Assembly: GCA_002104905.1 (NCBI GenBank)
Contig: MCFE01000099.1
Span: 62,001-126,000 of the forward strand
Reading direction: 5' to 3'
DNA from: Basidiobolus meristosporus CBS 931.73
Lineage: Eukaryota; Fungi; Basidiobolomycota
Length of the DNA stretch: 64,000 bases
The notes under the pieces were generated by a model that made no database searches, had not been told where the DNA came from, and was given only the letters and a program-made list of their open reading frames with translations. A program made the translations under genes and the position numbers. The first letter of the stretch is position 1; each line of letters starts with the position of its first letter. Of this stretch, positions 34,770 to 50,000 are shown piece by piece.

Positions 34770-37660
34770 GGCCCTTTGGACTGTTAAGCCTTCTGGTTGT
34801 TCCATGTATAGTTTCTTCCAGATTTCCATTTAGAAATGCTTATTTGATATCCATTTGTTGTAGATCCAGACTGTGCACAGCTGTCAGGGCTAGAACTGCT
34901 CTAATGGAGTTAACTTTAGCTACAAGAGCACTTGTTCCCTCAAAGTCTAGTGCCTGGATCTTGGATTAGCATTTAGTCACAAATATAGATATCTTCATTC
35001 TGTTGGCTTTCTCACATTTAGTAAGTGTACCAGTTCACACAATTTTGCCCTGGTCAGTGATTAGTACTCTTCATGCATGGCTTGTTGAAGGGTAGTTGCA
35101 TCTGGACTTTGCATTGCTACTGCCTGGTTCTGAGGTTTAGAATGATCTCAGCCACTCTCTGGTCTGGATTCTCCTGAAATGCAATGTCCCTGCTCTTTAT
35201 CAGCATCTGAATGTTGCAATTGTACTCTATACTATTGAGTGTCTCAACAATAACCAAGCAAGATCCCCTTTCTGATTTTTGTTAGCAACTTTGAGCATTT
35301 TTTGGCAGGGATGTTATAGAAACATCTCTGCCAACAACTCAGAGGTACCAGAGGTTGGAGTTTCTGCCTGCATATACATCAGTGTATATATATTCATGTA
35401 GTGCTGTGGCTGGGTATTGATTCTCAATGTATACTTCAATGGCAACAGATTCAGTTTAAAATATAGTCAATTCCCTTCTGATGTAGCATAGATCTTCTAA
35501 TCTGTACTATTGTTCTATTTGCACATTCTGCTGCTCTATTTTTCTGCGGAGTATGTGGAAAAGTGATCTGCTGAAGGATACTAGTAATTTATCAGTACTT
35601 TGCAAACTCCTTTGAGCAGTATCCTGCCATTGTCACTCTGAAGTAATTTCAATTTACATCCAGTTTGTGTTTGTGCCTTGTTCCTGAAGTTCTTAAGCAC
35701 CTCTCAAGCCTCATACTCTCCTTGAGGAAGTTCACCCATATATATATTGTCTTATTATTAGTAAGTTTCATAAAGTATTTCTTGGCTCTAAGGGACAATG
35801 TTCTCATGGGCCCACATATGTCTAAGTGCAAAATGTCTAATATTGCAGCTGTGTTAAAGCCTCTGGAGCTCCTAAAGCATTGCCTAGCCTGCTTACCATA
35901 TGAACACTGCTTAACAGGCACTCTACTTGGTTGGAACTGAAAGGTTTAGGCCTAAAACAATTTGCTCTTTCACTAATTGGCTCAGTTTCTGTTCCCATAT
36001 GTGTCCTAACCTCCTATACCACATCTGCCTGCTAGTTTTATCAGTTTAGCAATGTTGACATTCTCAGGTACAGTGATCTGGCATTGTAACTGGTTGATAT
36101 AATGATCTCTGGCTGCAAATGCTAATTGTCCCTTTTCACTCAGTGTTGAGCACCTCAGCTTAGTAAAAACAAATAACGGTCCCTGAGAAGCTGCCTTGTT
36201 CACTAAGAGTAGGCTCTTGGCTCTTCCAGGCACACAGAGTCAGTTAGTTGGTTTTGCTGTTGTTGCCCCTTAGATGTCATACATATATAGCTGTATAGAC
36301 CCACTGGCAGTAGCTGTTACTGCAGAGTTGTCTCCCAGCTACACACTTCTTATAAAAATAATCTTTAAGTTGCTGAACCATTCCTATTGACCTCAAAGAT
36401 GCTGTCATGCTCCAGAGTTAATATACCATTCATTACTTTGGATACTTAGACTCTCATGTATAGTTACAAACAAATGTTCATCTGTATTTATTTGGGCTGC
36501 CTGCACTAGTTTCTGTTTTTTGTTTGCTTTTTTCTTCTTACATTTTCTTTCCACATGTTGGGGCTTCTTGCAGTGGCTACAGCAACTAGGTTTTCTTTGG
36601 CTCTGCTGCTTTCCCTTCTTTTCTGTGTATCATTGTCAGCTGAATAAAGCATTATCTTCAATTTTCTCTGCTTGGTCATTGTGTCTGATTTCTTCATGGG
36701 GAAGTCTTCCTTTGATATTGCCTATAGTCACATGGATGTTTCTGCTTTCAAATTAATATAAGAGTGGCTCATACTTATCTGGCAAGCTGCAAATCTGACA
36801 GAGTATCTTTTCTTCATCATCTACACCAGTACTAATACTGTTGAGCTCTTCTGCAAGTGCTGCCATTCTGGTGATGAGTTAAAGTATGTCATCTTCTGGC
36901 TTCTTTCTCATGTTGAAGAACTTTTTTTAGCAGAGCTTGCACATTACTGACTTTGCTCTGAAGAACTTTTCTAAGGATTCCCATACTCTGTTAGCAATCT
37001 AGAAGCATAAGTTTGTTCCATGATGAAATCTTGCATGTAGATACATATGGCATTAAAGGCCTTTCTCTCCTTCTCTTGAGACTTTTCAACTTCTTCTGCT
37101 GTTTCTTTGGGCTCAAATTCCTTTCCTTTTATTATATTCCAAAGCTTACTTTCCCCAAGGTGGGTCTGTGTTTGATTCTCCAAAGTCTGTAGTTCTTTCC
37201 TTCAAACCTCTCCTGTAAAGGGAAGAAATTTTATTGCGCTTTTTGCTGGTGGATATCATCTTTGTATTGGATTATTGCAAAAAGGGCCCATAACCTGTTG
37301 CAATTCAAGAAATATTTTGGATCTAAAGTAATTTTTGAGAGATAATGATGATAGTTGAGCTGTTGTTTTTTCACAAAGAAGCTCAATATTTACACCTTTG
37401 TTGAAGTAACTGTAATACTAAGTAAGGAGAATTCCTCAATACTAATTAACATTCTATAACAGCTTAAGGGCAAATACATGATGTATAGTAATGGTTCTAA
37501 TCCAATCTTGACCCTAGGGGAATAATCATTGGATCATATATCTCAAAGAAAGTGGTAAAGTTAGGGTGGTAGGTTAGTCCAGCAATGATCAGTATTAGGT
37601 CAGAATTGCTAAATACATTTTATACTTTTGGATGATACCTCAAAGTCCAATATTTCAGCA
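34770..37660 (-). mobile_element. copia-B, second Ty1/copia family, heavily decayed (5' LTR 37296-37660)
   Basis: LTR followed by an exact GGTTATGGGCCC PBS; gag LWNIIKGKE; CSHCKKPQH knuckle; CSYGKQARQ..LDICGPM; RT QQMDIK.AFLNG. Confidence 0.85.
37284..37295 (-). other. PBS GGTTATGGGCCC (half-tRNA-iMet type)
   Basis: Exact 12-mer abutting the LTR end CAACA. Confidence 0.88.
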
Positions 37661-38938
37661 AAGAATGTGGCAGAGGAAGCCACAAGGCAGTAAAAGAAAT
37701 AACAAAGTGCCTTTCAGTGCATTTGCCTTAATGTAAAAGACAAATGGCCAATTTAAAGCTCAAGAGTAAAAATGGTAAAGAATGCCAGGAAGGCATAAGA
37801 AGGCACCTATCAGGGATATTCAGCGGCCTAGAAAAGTATCTTGGACAAAAATCTGCTACTGTAACAATGCTCCTAGGAGAAGAAATGAATCATTAAATGA
37901 ATAGAATCACCCTGCAGATGGATAAAATGGAATCTGTGGGCATACCTACTACTGATGAGGAGGGTGTGATATATTCCATCCTAAGTAGCCTGACAGACAG
38001 GCTTTAGGGCCTCTTATTTGCCATAAAGTCCTGAACTAAAGAGTTTGCCCTTAGGTTACATGAATGGATAGCTCCTGAATGAAAATTCAACCAAATTAAG
38101 TGCCAACAAAAAGGAAGTAGAAAATGCTTAAATACCACTGCTAATCAGCTAAGGAGTGATGCAGGACCCTTTGAGAGCAATGACAGCCTGTTGAGCAAAT
38201 ACTGCAAAAGTGAAGGGCCCACAGTAGACCAGTGCCTCAAAAGAGAGATAGTACGTGGCATAAGCCTGAATATGGAAAGGATATGGATATATGTTATCTG
38301 CACCAAATATGTCCACAAACAGGGATTTTCTGTTGTGGTATGCTAACTCTGGAGCATATCATCACTTTACATACCAGAAAGAACTTTTTACCAGATATTA
38401 AGAAATTCTGACTAAGAAATCACAAACCTATTATCAGTGAGCAAGGACACAGCAGAAAAACCCAGTTTCAGCGTTACCAAGCTTTGGGTAACAGAGATCA
38501 GGGTCTATTCAAGCTGACTTATATTCCTTCAGATCTGGAATTTAACATAAGTAACTCATATGAAGAAAGACCAATGCTTTGCCATAGGAGATTTGGGCAT
38601 GCCCATTTTCATTATTGACATAAAATGATCAATGATTAGCTATTTCCCTGAGTAAAAATTAATCCCCAAGCTAACTACTTTCATTTTGAAGCCTGCATAT
38701 ATGGGAAACAAGCCAGACTACTGTTCAAAAGCTCTATGGTAGTCAAAACTGAGAAAAAATTAGATCTAATTCACTCAGATATGTGTAGGCCTATGCAAAA
38801 TGTATCCTTAGGCTGGATGAGGTATTGATTCATTTTCATTGATAATTAAACAAGATACATTTGGGTCTTCTGAATGGAGAGTAAGGACAAAGCTCTGTCT
38901 AAGGTCAGGAAGCTCAGAGCCATGGCTAAGAGAAAAAT

Positions 38939-39680
38939 TGTTGAAATATTGGACTATTTAGTATCATTTAGCAGCTACAAAATTACTTAACATGTTATGA
39001 TCTGCCACTTGAATGTTTGAGTTAGATCAGTTTTTAGTCAAATCAGTTAGTTTTAGGTTAGGTTATCAGTGTATCAGTATTATCTATCAAATCAGTAGCA
39101 TTAGTCAGCAAATGAATCAGCAGATCCTTATCAGACAGAAATAGATATATTAAGTAGGATCTTATTGGGTGATGATGATGCAATCAAATGAGTCATCAGC
39201 CACAACCTACATTAGGAAATAGAATTAGTCAGCATTTGATCTGGCAAAATGTATATAAGGAGCTGCTGGAACCTCAATAAAAATCAGTCCAAGTTTTGGT
39301 GAATACAATACTAGCTAAACTCCCTATTCCTCTACAACTCTTATACCTAGACTTGTAACAATCAATTCTAGACTATGCTTGGTCACTGTAGAACTTATTT
39401 GCAGCTCCAACTTTGGCAGTTTCTTCACATCTAAGATCCTATGATTATTTCCCTACAGTGAAGATCAGTTTAATATTTTTTACCAAACATTATGTGCTAA
39501 CCCTGAAACTTTTACAGAATGCTCCTGAATATTAAGAAATCCACCTTACATAATGTTACAGCTGTATTACTTCTACAAAGGTATAAATGCTGCTCCTCTT
39601 TACAAATAAATAACATTTCAACTATCATCACAATATTTTGATTGGTTTCTTATATCCAAATTACTTCTTGAATTGCAACA
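38939..39680 (+). repeat. Solo LTR of copia-B, interrupted by LTR-C
   Basis: Reverse-complement homology to 37296-37660; flanks AAAAT and GAAAC are consistent with a decayed 5-bp TSD. Confidence 0.8.
38993..39360. repeat. Solo LTR family C (368 bp)
   Basis: TGTTATGA...TGTAACA; inverted homologue at 42608-42976; flanks AACA and ATCA. Confidence 0.82.
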
Positions 39681-41814
39681 GAAACTGGTGAAAAAATCAA
39701 GAAAATAAGCTCTGACAATGGTGGATAATATATCTCAGAACTCTTTATCAACTTTGGAAAATTCATGGGATAAAGTAAGTGGCCTCTGTAACACACTCCT
39801 GATAGCAAAATGGAATAGCAAGATCTATGATGCATAATCCCAACTTATTCCATGATTCTTGGGCAAAATCAGTAGATTCAGCTGTGTGCCTTAAAAATAG
39901 GTGTCAAAGCCAAATACTACATGATACTACCCCATTTAAAACATGAAAAGGACACAGACCAGGTGCAGAACATCTAAGAATATTTGGATGGATATCATAT
40001 GCTAAGAAAAAGCCTGGAAATTAGGCAAAATCTAAGCCAAAAGCTGTAATGCTCATAATTATGGGCAAATGCAATGAGACCAAGGTAAATAGACTCTACA
40101 CTATCAAGGCAACAAAGCTAATATAGTCTGGGGATGTGTCTTTGATGAACATCTAGGATTTTCACAAAAAATGACATCAGATGATGAAACAAAATCTCTT
40201 ATCAAGGCCCCCTGTACTTAGGATTGCATCAGTGCAAAACAATAGGAGGTTTATCACTCCAGAGGACTCTACAACCAAGGCTCAATCTCAATCAGTACCT
40301 AGGAATATTTCAGAAGTAATCTTTCTAGTATTACAAACCTTAAGACCAAACTGGACTATAAGTAGCCCAAGTAACTACGCCAAAGAGGTGGCAAACTTAG
40401 CCTATGCCAGCTCAGTCCATTTCAATAAGCCCCAGACAGTTAAAGAGGCCCTAAATTGCCCTCAGCAAAGTCTTGGAGATCTGTAGTGACTCAGGAGTCT
40501 CAGGCCATGACAAAAAGTCAAATTTGGGACTTATTCAAACTACCATTTAATCAGATGTAAGAACTGCATATTTGAATTGGCACAATGATGAGGAAATGTA
40601 TATACACTGGCCTGATGGGATTGTTGACCAGAATAGCAACCACCTGGACTGCAAGCCCAAAATATTCCTATATAGATTGAAACAGCCACCAAGAGCTTGA
40701 AATTGCAAGATAGATTCCTATTTGAAATCTTTGAGTTTCAAAGTAGTAATGCTGACTATAGATTATAGTTTAAGTTAGATAGAGCAGATTTGGCTCTATT
40801 AGCTCTGTATGAGGTTGTTCTCATTATAGGCACCAATATGCAAGAAAAATTGAAAAAAGACTAAGCCCAGCCTATCTAAGAGGTTCAAGATTCTTACACT
40901 ACAACCATTAAGAGAATACAAAGTGGCCCTGAACTCATTGGATAACTACTGAAGGCCCAAAGAGGTATCACTGGCATTGCTTTATATGCATATTTGTGGC
41001 CATGATTGGAAGACCATTTTAGAAAGATTGAAGACCACCATATTGTAAGAGCTCTAAAGTCAAAACCCTCATTTTAGTTTGATCATTAACATCTACTTAC
41101 CCCCAAAGAGAGCTCACTAATCAGCAAGCTCCTTCCAATTCTGGTGCAAAAGCAAGATAGATAAAACCTACCTGATTGCAGTTAGCACAACAATCAGACT
41201 TTGGTGCTGACACAGCAACTAAAAATATTTACTTTGTTTTGGCCAGCAGAGCATATTTGCAAAGACCAGTAGAGAAAGAAGTCTGGTGCTCATGCATAAG
41301 GAGTAACTTTGCCCATTATTCCAGGAAAAACTGCCAAGTGCTTCCGTCATCACAATCCACGGGTGATGGCATACATATTCCCCAGGGATAACCAAGCAAC
41401 AAGCACAGCAACAGAATATCTACCACTTTTGACAAAGGAGGAATGAGAGCTCACTACAAGCAAGCCACCTCTCATATAAGAGTGGTTCACCTCCATTAGG
41501 AGCATGTTTTGCACTACCTTAATCCAGCTGGAGTCCTGAAGTCTCATTATGAAAGCCCCATAGAGGTCCACAATTGTTTAGTTTCAGTATATCTGCAAAA
41601 TTCTTTCTGGCACTTGGCCATTATATTCCTTCTCCCAGCTGAACTCATATTCCCCTTTTAGATCCACTCAGGTTGTTCTTTGTATGTATTTCATATAGAA
41701 TGGTATAGAAATAGGCTGGTAATTAGGAGAAACTTGCATACCTTGGTAAAATGTCCTAACAAAATTAGGTGATTTTTACATTCAACCCAATCTTACATTA
41801 TTTGACTAATGATT

Positions 41815-44469
41815 CATACACTGGGGCTGCCTAGCTCCTGAAAGGGGCAGGTATCTATGTGTGCACATCTGTCCCTGTGATTTTTGTTCTGGTAATTTTG
41901 CTTTGAAGCGCATGTGTTGACTTGATACAGGGCACTCTTATGAAGGGTGTTGACATAGTTTGTATTGACATGAGCCAGTGCACTGAAGTTGTAAGAAATG
42001 GTAAGGAATCCAGCAAGTTGTGCTGGCACTATCTGGACACTGCTGTGGGTGGGCTGTATACTTCCTCTTGTAGCTCACCTTTTGATTCCTCAAGGTATTT
42101 ACTTTCCTACTGTTTGATACTTTGAAATTGTGGCCTATATGAGTCCTGTGTAAATTGCTCTTGGAAGCCACTTGGCTTTACTAATATATAACATATTACA
42201 CTAGTCACCTGAGGCAAAAAAACATTCAAGATCTCTTTGGTTCCTAAAGTTGAGGCACAAACAGATGTCCAGCCTGTACTGAGCTGATTGTATGCAGATT
42301 CATTCCCACGCAACTTCCACATCAAATCCCCTCACTGTCAGCTCATTCTTGATTTCAACACCTGTCTGGTTGTATATCTTCTTATACACTTCTGCTGGCA
42401 TCTTGCAGTAGAACTCATGCCACAGCTTTCAAATTGGATTCTTCTATCTCTATTGACTTACTTAGGTATCTAGTTATGCTAGAATAATGAGTAGTGACCA
42501 AATATCTCTATGAAGGCGCATTATAGATACTTGGGCCATACTAAAATCACTTGGCAAGAACTCAAAAGGATTTGACATTAACTATTCCAGTTCAGACTGT
42601 GTTTGTGTGTAACAACTCTTAGTATAACAGTTGTAGAGGAATAGGGAGTTCAGCTAGTATTGTATTCACTAAAACTTAAACTGATTCTTATTGAGGTTCC
42701 AGCAGCTCCTTATATACATTTTGCCAGATCAATTGCTGACTAATTGTATTTTCTAATGTAGGCTGTGGCTGATGACTCATTTAATTACATCATCATCACC
42801 CAATAAGATCCTACTTAATATATCTATTTCTGTCTGATAAGGATCTGCTGATTCATTTGCTGACTAATGCTACTGATTTGATAGATCATACTGATATACT
42901 GATATGCTAAACATATAACTAATATGATTTGACTAAAAATTGATCTAACTTAACATTCAAGCAGTAGATCATAATATGTGAGCTGGGGGATAGATTTTGT
43001 CTGGTTTGTACTAAAGATGAGTCAAGACCTGGTTTAGGGACCATGGTGATGGATTTGGATACCTATACATTAGTAAACTGGCATTAACCTGGTCTTAGAT
43101 GAAATATATATGAAAAATGATGTGATTGTTGTATTTTCTGTATATTACAAATGTTGCATCTTGCAGTGCATTGACATAGATCAAATCACATCAATTGCAG
43201 ATTTCCTATTTGATTATAGACTTGTGAGTAGAGCATTAATAAAAATACCAAGTCATTGTTTGAGGATGATATTTGTAACATAATGATGCAATTCATGGCA
43301 ACTGATGGAGATTTAATCATAATGCAAAGAGAATCAGGTAAATAGAGCCAATTGTGCCAACTTGATTCAAATCACTTCAGCCCAATTACCTACCAGTTTT
43401 ACTGTTGCTAACTTATCTGAAAGGTTTTTTCTCATGAATCCCATCACACCACTGGATTTCCTTATGACACATTAGAAGAGATCAATTCAAAGTACTGCTG
43501 GCCATCTACCCCAGACTACCCAAGGAGATCCCCTGCTTAGCTTCTCTGCTGTTCCAAGAGCTACTACCCCACAAGGTTTCATCCCACCATCTGAGGCAAC
43601 AAAAGTTCTAGATGTTTTCATTCCCAGCTGACAGCAATGGAAAACCACCTTGCAGAGGGTATGAATGTCTTATAGCAAGCTTGAAATACTAGGATCAGAA
43701 GCTCCAATTGGCTTCCATATCCCAGAGTGTCCAGCAACAGGCTCCATATCAGTAGTACTTGCATACCTTCCCAGTTAGGATTAACAGACCTTGTAGAGGG
43801 AAGCAGCACTTTTATTCTGGCAAGTACAAGGCACACTGTGTGAGGTTTCAAGCACTGTCTGACATTTAGGGTAACATCATTTGGTTTAGTGGGTCATTTG
43901 CTGGCTGTAGGCATGAGAAAGCACTGTGGGTTTTGAATCATCCAGAATTCAGTAGAGGGGAGAAATGTAAGGCAAACTTGGCATATATGGGAGAGGATTG
44001 TTGGAGATTAGGATGTATTACAGCTAATAGGAAGCCAAGGAATGGTGTGCTTAGCAGAAAGCAGAATCTCTACAATAAGATATTTAATTATATCAGAGTG
44101 AGGGTAGATTATACATTTGGATTTCTGAAGAGATTCAGCCTATTGGCAGGTAAATACAGAGGAAAGTCATATATTGGAGTAAACACCAGAACAGGCAAGA
44201 TAGTTAAGATACTGATCAATTCACAGTATATTCATACAAGAAGACATCTACTGAGAGAAATGTATCTGGAGAATTATGAAGAGTAAATAATGCAAGAAAA
44301 GCACCATTCTGAGCAATATAAGTAAGATTGAGTAAAATTGCCAGCAACTTTATCTTACCGCTGGTATTATGGTAGATATTATAGTGCCAGATAGTGCCAT
44401 AGAATGCCAGATCAATCTGGCACTATAAACAGGCTGGCACTATGTGGCACTATCTAATGGAACAAGTCT
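41815..44469 (+). mobile_element. Old PHIS copy, left-truncated, right TIR intact
   Basis: ORF2 and transposase homology; ends GGAACAAGTCT followed by ATT. Confidence 0.9.
42608..42976. repeat. Solo LTR family C (369 bp) in the PHIS copy
   Basis: 4-bp TSD TGTG (42604-42607 and 42977-42980). Confidence 0.88.
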
Positions 44470-44624
44470 ATTGACTACATAGTAAGCTTGGAAAATATCA
44501 CTTTTTGACCTGCGTAGTAAGTATACTATAATCAACAGTGCTTTGTATGTACCTAATATCTTCTGGATATATTTCATCTTCTCATTCTATGCTCTTGATA
44601 CTTGCAAGGTCATGTGTCACAGGT

Positions 44625-44835
44625 ACTGATGCAGATACTTGCCTTATGCAGATGCCTCTGCTAATTACAAAGCTGACTAACATTTGGGATCACTACTGTT
44701 AATAACTATTAGGGTGTTTATCATATGTGGTAATACTGATAACATGAGCAAGAAAGAATAGGTCAATACCAAAAATATAAAATATTGATCAATGTACTAT
44801 AGCAGCTTTATGGATAAACCTGTCTGTCAAAGGCA
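44625..44835 (-). repeat. LTR-D2 fragment
   Basis: Homologous to ~19640-19870. Confidence 0.75.
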
Positions 44836-45175
44836 ACTAAGAATATTCTTGAAAGATGTATAATGGCCAGCAATATATGGGATATGGCAGCTTTGTAAGT
44901 ATCACCCTGAAAAGCCATATTGTTACAGTAATAATAGTGCAATAATTGCAGTGTTTGTGTGAATATATAGAGGATAGTAAGCTGGAGGCCACAGCTTTTT
45001 TTTGACTCAAGCCATATGTAGAATACCTATGGCAATGGTGGGTAGGCAAATAAACAGGGGTGATTCCATAGTGGAATACACAAATTGTGCAAGGGGAGGT
45101 AACAAAAGGAAATACCATTTGGTAAGTTGGTATGATAGCAATATACAGGACTTGTTGTAGGCCATCATACTGTTA
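44836..45175 (+). mobile_element. CACTA transposase C-terminal fragment
   Basis: Homologous to ~4680-4990. Confidence 0.8.
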
Positions 45176-47031
45176 TAAATTTTAATTCCACCTTAATATA
45201 TACCTTACTTAGTCACTTAGATCACTGTCTACAAGTCTTAGCAAATACTCACCAAATTCTTTGTTGGGATTTACTTGGAGTATTTACAGCAAAATATGAG
45301 GTACCCAGAACATGAAAATTCTCAGAGTTGTCCAAACACCCCCAAACTTTGCATATATGCTCTTGTGACCTTTCTAAGCCTATTCTATTTGCTCATAATG
45401 CCAAGGCAATGTAAATCTACAAATGCTATTTTTACATTCAACAAATCACTAGGTGAACACCACATAGTCCACTTGTTCTCCCAATCACTTCCAATAACTC
45501 TAAAACTCTGACAACAGGTTAGGTGCCCCAAGCCATCACTCTCTACAAAGTCCACTACTGCTATTATTGGAATATTTTGTTTTGCTGATGAGTTGGATAG
45601 ATCCAACTACCAAGTGCAGATTGTGAAGTTGAAGATGCAGCTGCAATAAAGAGGCCTTGAGGACAATGTCATGGGGGAAGAATGCCCTCCTAAAGATGTG
45701 GATAGAAAGCCCTAAAGTACCAGAAGAAAGTGTAGAGTACTTTATCTGCATTTGCCTTGATGCAAAGCAAATTGCTAAATCAATGCTCAATAGCAAAACA
45801 GCAAAGAATGGCTGAAAGAAAATAGAAGATATATACCAGTCATGTTCAGCTACCAAGAGAATGTATCTCAGACAAAGATTCTTTGATACAAAGTTGCTGC
45901 TAGGAGAAGATATGAAAAATTTAATTTACAAAATCCAGCTGCTGGTCAATTAGATTGAATATGTGGGTGTACCAATTGCTGATGAGGATGCAATAGTTGC
46001 TATCCTGAATAGCTTGACATACAAGTATTAGGCATATAGACTTTTTGCTATTAGAGCAAAGAAGCTGATCAAGTCCAGGGATGGATTGCTTGATGAAAAT
46101 TCAAAATTTTACAGAAAATGACATCTGATTATGACAAAATATACTCTCAAGTCCACCCATAGTCAGGATTGAATCAGAGCAGAGCAATGATAATATGCTT
46201 ACTCCAGAGAGCTCTACAATTGTGGCTTAGCCTGGATCAGTGACAAGGAATATCCAGAGGTGATCCTTCCAGTCTCACAAACCAGGAGATCCAACCAGAC
46301 CAGAAAGAGCCCAATAGACCATATCAATAAGGGAACAAGCTTAGCCTATGCCTATTCAGTTCTTGTTGCTGAGCCCCAAGCTGTAAATGAAGCCCTTAAT
46401 AGCCCTCAGACAAAGTTTTGGCAATCTGCCATGACTGCAGGGTATCAGTTCCTACGGGAAAATCATACTTAGGACTTTGTCAAATTACCAACCTATCCAA
46501 AATCATTTGGCTGGTGATGGGCCTTCCAACAAAATAAACGGCTGATTGTACAAATGAAGAATATGAAGCAGACTTTTGGCCAGAGGATACACTCAAACAA
46601 TAGGACCTGACCATACTGAGACCTTTGCACAGGCAGCCAAGGCTAACTTCATCAGACTAATATTGGCTATTGCAGTCAAATATAAGTTTTTTGTACATCA
46701 AGTGGATGAAAAAGCTGCATTTTTCAATGGAGAGCTTGATGTGAATAGGTGTATCAACAAGCCTGATGGGTTTGGGGCATGAGATAACCCCCATTTGGTA
46801 TGCAAGCTTAAAAGCTCTCTATATAGACTTGAATAATCACTAACAGCCTGAAATAGCAAGATAGATTCTTATTGGAATTTGTTGAGTTTCAAAAGGAATA
46901 ATACTGACTATAGTACATGCTATAAGCCAGATTATGTAAGTCTGGTTCTATTAGGTCTATATGGAGATGGTCTTATTAGAATAACCAATAATCTAAAAAC
47001 AAAGGAAGAGATTAAATCCAACCTATCTGAA

Positions 47032-50000
47032 AGACTTGTTCTGCTGGATAGTGCCATATAGTACCAGCCTGTTTATAGTGCAAGATTGATCTGGCACTCT
47101 AATTTCTACCATCACGCCAGTGGCAGGACACAGTTACTGGTATTTTTACTCAGTCTTTCATAAGTTGCTCCAAACAGCGCTTCTCTTGCTTTATTTACAC
47201 TTTACAATGCTCCATACAGATTTCTCCCAGTGGAAGTCTTCCTGTATGATTAAACTTTGAGTTAATAAGTATCTTGTCTATTTTACCTATTCTGATACTC
47301 TCTTCTGTATATGATTTTCCTCTGTATTTACCTTCTAATATGCTGAATCTCTTTAGATGTCCAAATATATGCTCTACACTCACTCTGAAATGATTAAATA
47401 TCTTATTGTAGAAGTTTTTGCTTCCTGCTTAGCACACCATTGCTTGGCTTCCCATGAGCTGTAATACATCCTCATCTCTAACAATCCTCTCCTATATAAG
47501 CTAAGTTGACCATACATTTCTCCCCTCTACTGAATTTGGGATGATTCTCTACCCAGAGTGCTTGGTCATGCCTACCTCCAGTAAATGGCCTACTAAACCA
47601 GATGACATTATCCTCAATGTTGATTAGTGCTTGAAACTTCAAACAGTGTGCCTAGTATTTGCCAGAATAAAAGTTCCTCTGCTCTCTAGAAGGTCTGTTA
47701 ACTCTGATTGGGAAGGTATCCAAATACTCTTGATATGGAACCTGTTGCTGAACACTCTGGGATATGGAAGCCAATTGGAGCTTCCAAACCTAGTAATTAA
47801 GCTTGCTCTAAGTCATCCATACCTTCTGCAAGGTGGTTCTCTATTGCTTTCAGCTGGGAATGAAAGCTTTTAGGACTTCTATTGCCGTGAATGATGGGAT
47901 GACCCTTGTAAGGTAGTAGTTCTTGTAGTAGCATACATGCTTAACAAGGGATCTACTTGAGTAGACTGGGGTAGGCGGTCCACAGTACTGTGGAGAGGTC
48001 TTGTCTAATGTGTCAAAAGGAAATCCAGTGGTAGTGATGGGATTGATGAGAAAAGACCAGTCAGATGAGTAAGTCATATCAAATTGGTGTATGTTTCAAT
48101 AGAGGTGTTATGAATTGATTTGGGACAATCAGCTTAATTTATCTGACTTTCCATGCATTACAATTAAGTTTCCGTTAATTGCCATCTATCCCATCATTAT
48201 GTCACAAAAATCATCCTCAAACAATGACCTGGTCAATCTATTGATGATTTCCTTCCAAGTCTATAGTCAAGTAGGAAATCTGCAATCAATGTGATCTGAT
48301 CCATGTCAATGCAATCCAAGATGCATCATGCACAATATATGGAAGATTCAATAATTGCCTTAGTTTTCACATGTATTTCACATATGACCAGGTTGATGCC
48401 TGTATACAACTCTGTAAGTATCCAAACTGGTCACTATGGTGCCTATACCAAGTCTTAACACATCTTTAGTGCAACCCAGACAAAACCCATCCCCCAGCTT
48501 ACAATCATGGTCTGAAGCAGAAAATCATTGTCTGATCAGTTTGAGTTCTTGCCAAGTGATTTTTGTTTAGCCCAAGTGCCTATGATGAGCCTTCATACAG
48601 ATATATGGGCACAACTCATTAATCTGGCAGAACTGGATACCTCAGAGAGTCCACAGAGATAGAAGAATCTGAGTAGAAAGCTGTGGCATGAGCTCTACAT
48701 TAGGATGCCAGCCAATGTATGTAAAAAGATATATAACAAGACAAGCATTGGAATTAAGATTGAGCTTAAAATGAGGGGATTTGATGAGGAAGCCATGTGC
48801 GCACAATTCTGCAAGCAATTTGCACAGTATGGGGCAGATGCACCTGTTTGTGCCTCAACTGTGGGAACCAAAGAGATTTTGAATTAGTTCTTGCCTCAAA
48901 CAACTAATGTACTATGTAATATAATAGTAGAGCTAGGGGCTTCCAGGAGTAATACACACAGTGCTCATCAAGGCAGTAGTTTCCAGGTATTAAGCAGAGG
49001 GTAAGTGAGTACCTTGAGGAATCAGGAGGTTACCATTGAGAGGAAGAATACAGACTGCAAGCAACTGTATCTAAATTGTGTCAGCATTCCATGCTGGATT
49101 TTTTACCATTTGCTGCAACATTGGCACACCAGCACATGTCAGTCCAATGTATTCTAACCCCCCTCACAAGAGTGCCCTGCATCAAGTCAACATACATCAG
49201 ATCAGCATGTGCTCTTCAGAGCAAAATTATTGGAACTCACCAAACTGCACATTTAGACACAAGTTCATTGGAGAGGGCCAAGTTGTGTCAATATGTAGCA
49301 TCACAGCAAACTCAGCCAAGGGCTATACCAATGCATCAAGTTGTGCCTACATGTGCTAGTACACCTTAACTTCAGCAAGTTACTTCTGGTGAACTGACTG
49401 ACTGTGACCCACATGAAGTGACTCCACTACTGGAGCCTTTGGCAAGTAAAACAACAATCAGTGTGTAGCACTTCAGGCTGGTTCTGTTATATTGTCTGGA
49501 GCAATACAGCATGGCCAAGCTCCAGCATGCCACTCATCAACTAGGAGGCAAAATACTGACTACAAGTACACAAGTATCCAAGAAGACAGTCAACAAGGAA
49601 GTAGTTCAGGTGTGCAAATTGAATCACTACTAAATGCTTCAGTAATAATCCCTGTAAGAAAAAAATTTAGGATAAGGTGGTGCAATGACATTGAAATGTT
49701 AAAATTTGTCATGATCCAAATAATGCATATTTGTTGCAATCCAAATCAAGCCATTGCATACCTGTGATCACTAAATTTCTGTTATGCTTAATATCAAGGT
49801 GTTATACATTTGAGATAGAGCCCCTATAATAAGCACTCTGCATATGTATACATCATCTGTTGCACCAGTGCAGCTATTTGATCTGATTTGCACCAACATA
49901 ATTGGTTGCATTGTGGTAGGGTAAACATACCTCCCACAGACAAGTTTATTCATATAGCTTTTATGAAGCACTTGTTCATATCATATCTTATCAATATTAT

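Larger units (their letters stand above)
37661..40890 (+). mobile_element. copia-A copy 6, strongly decayed, with deletions
   Basis: Collinear homology to gag and pol of copy 1. Confidence 0.85.

Noticed and set aside
40890-41815. LINE reverse-transcriptase remnant
   Set aside because: Only a weak GGL-like resemblance; no YADD or endonuclease motif and no poly(A) tail, so it is left unassigned
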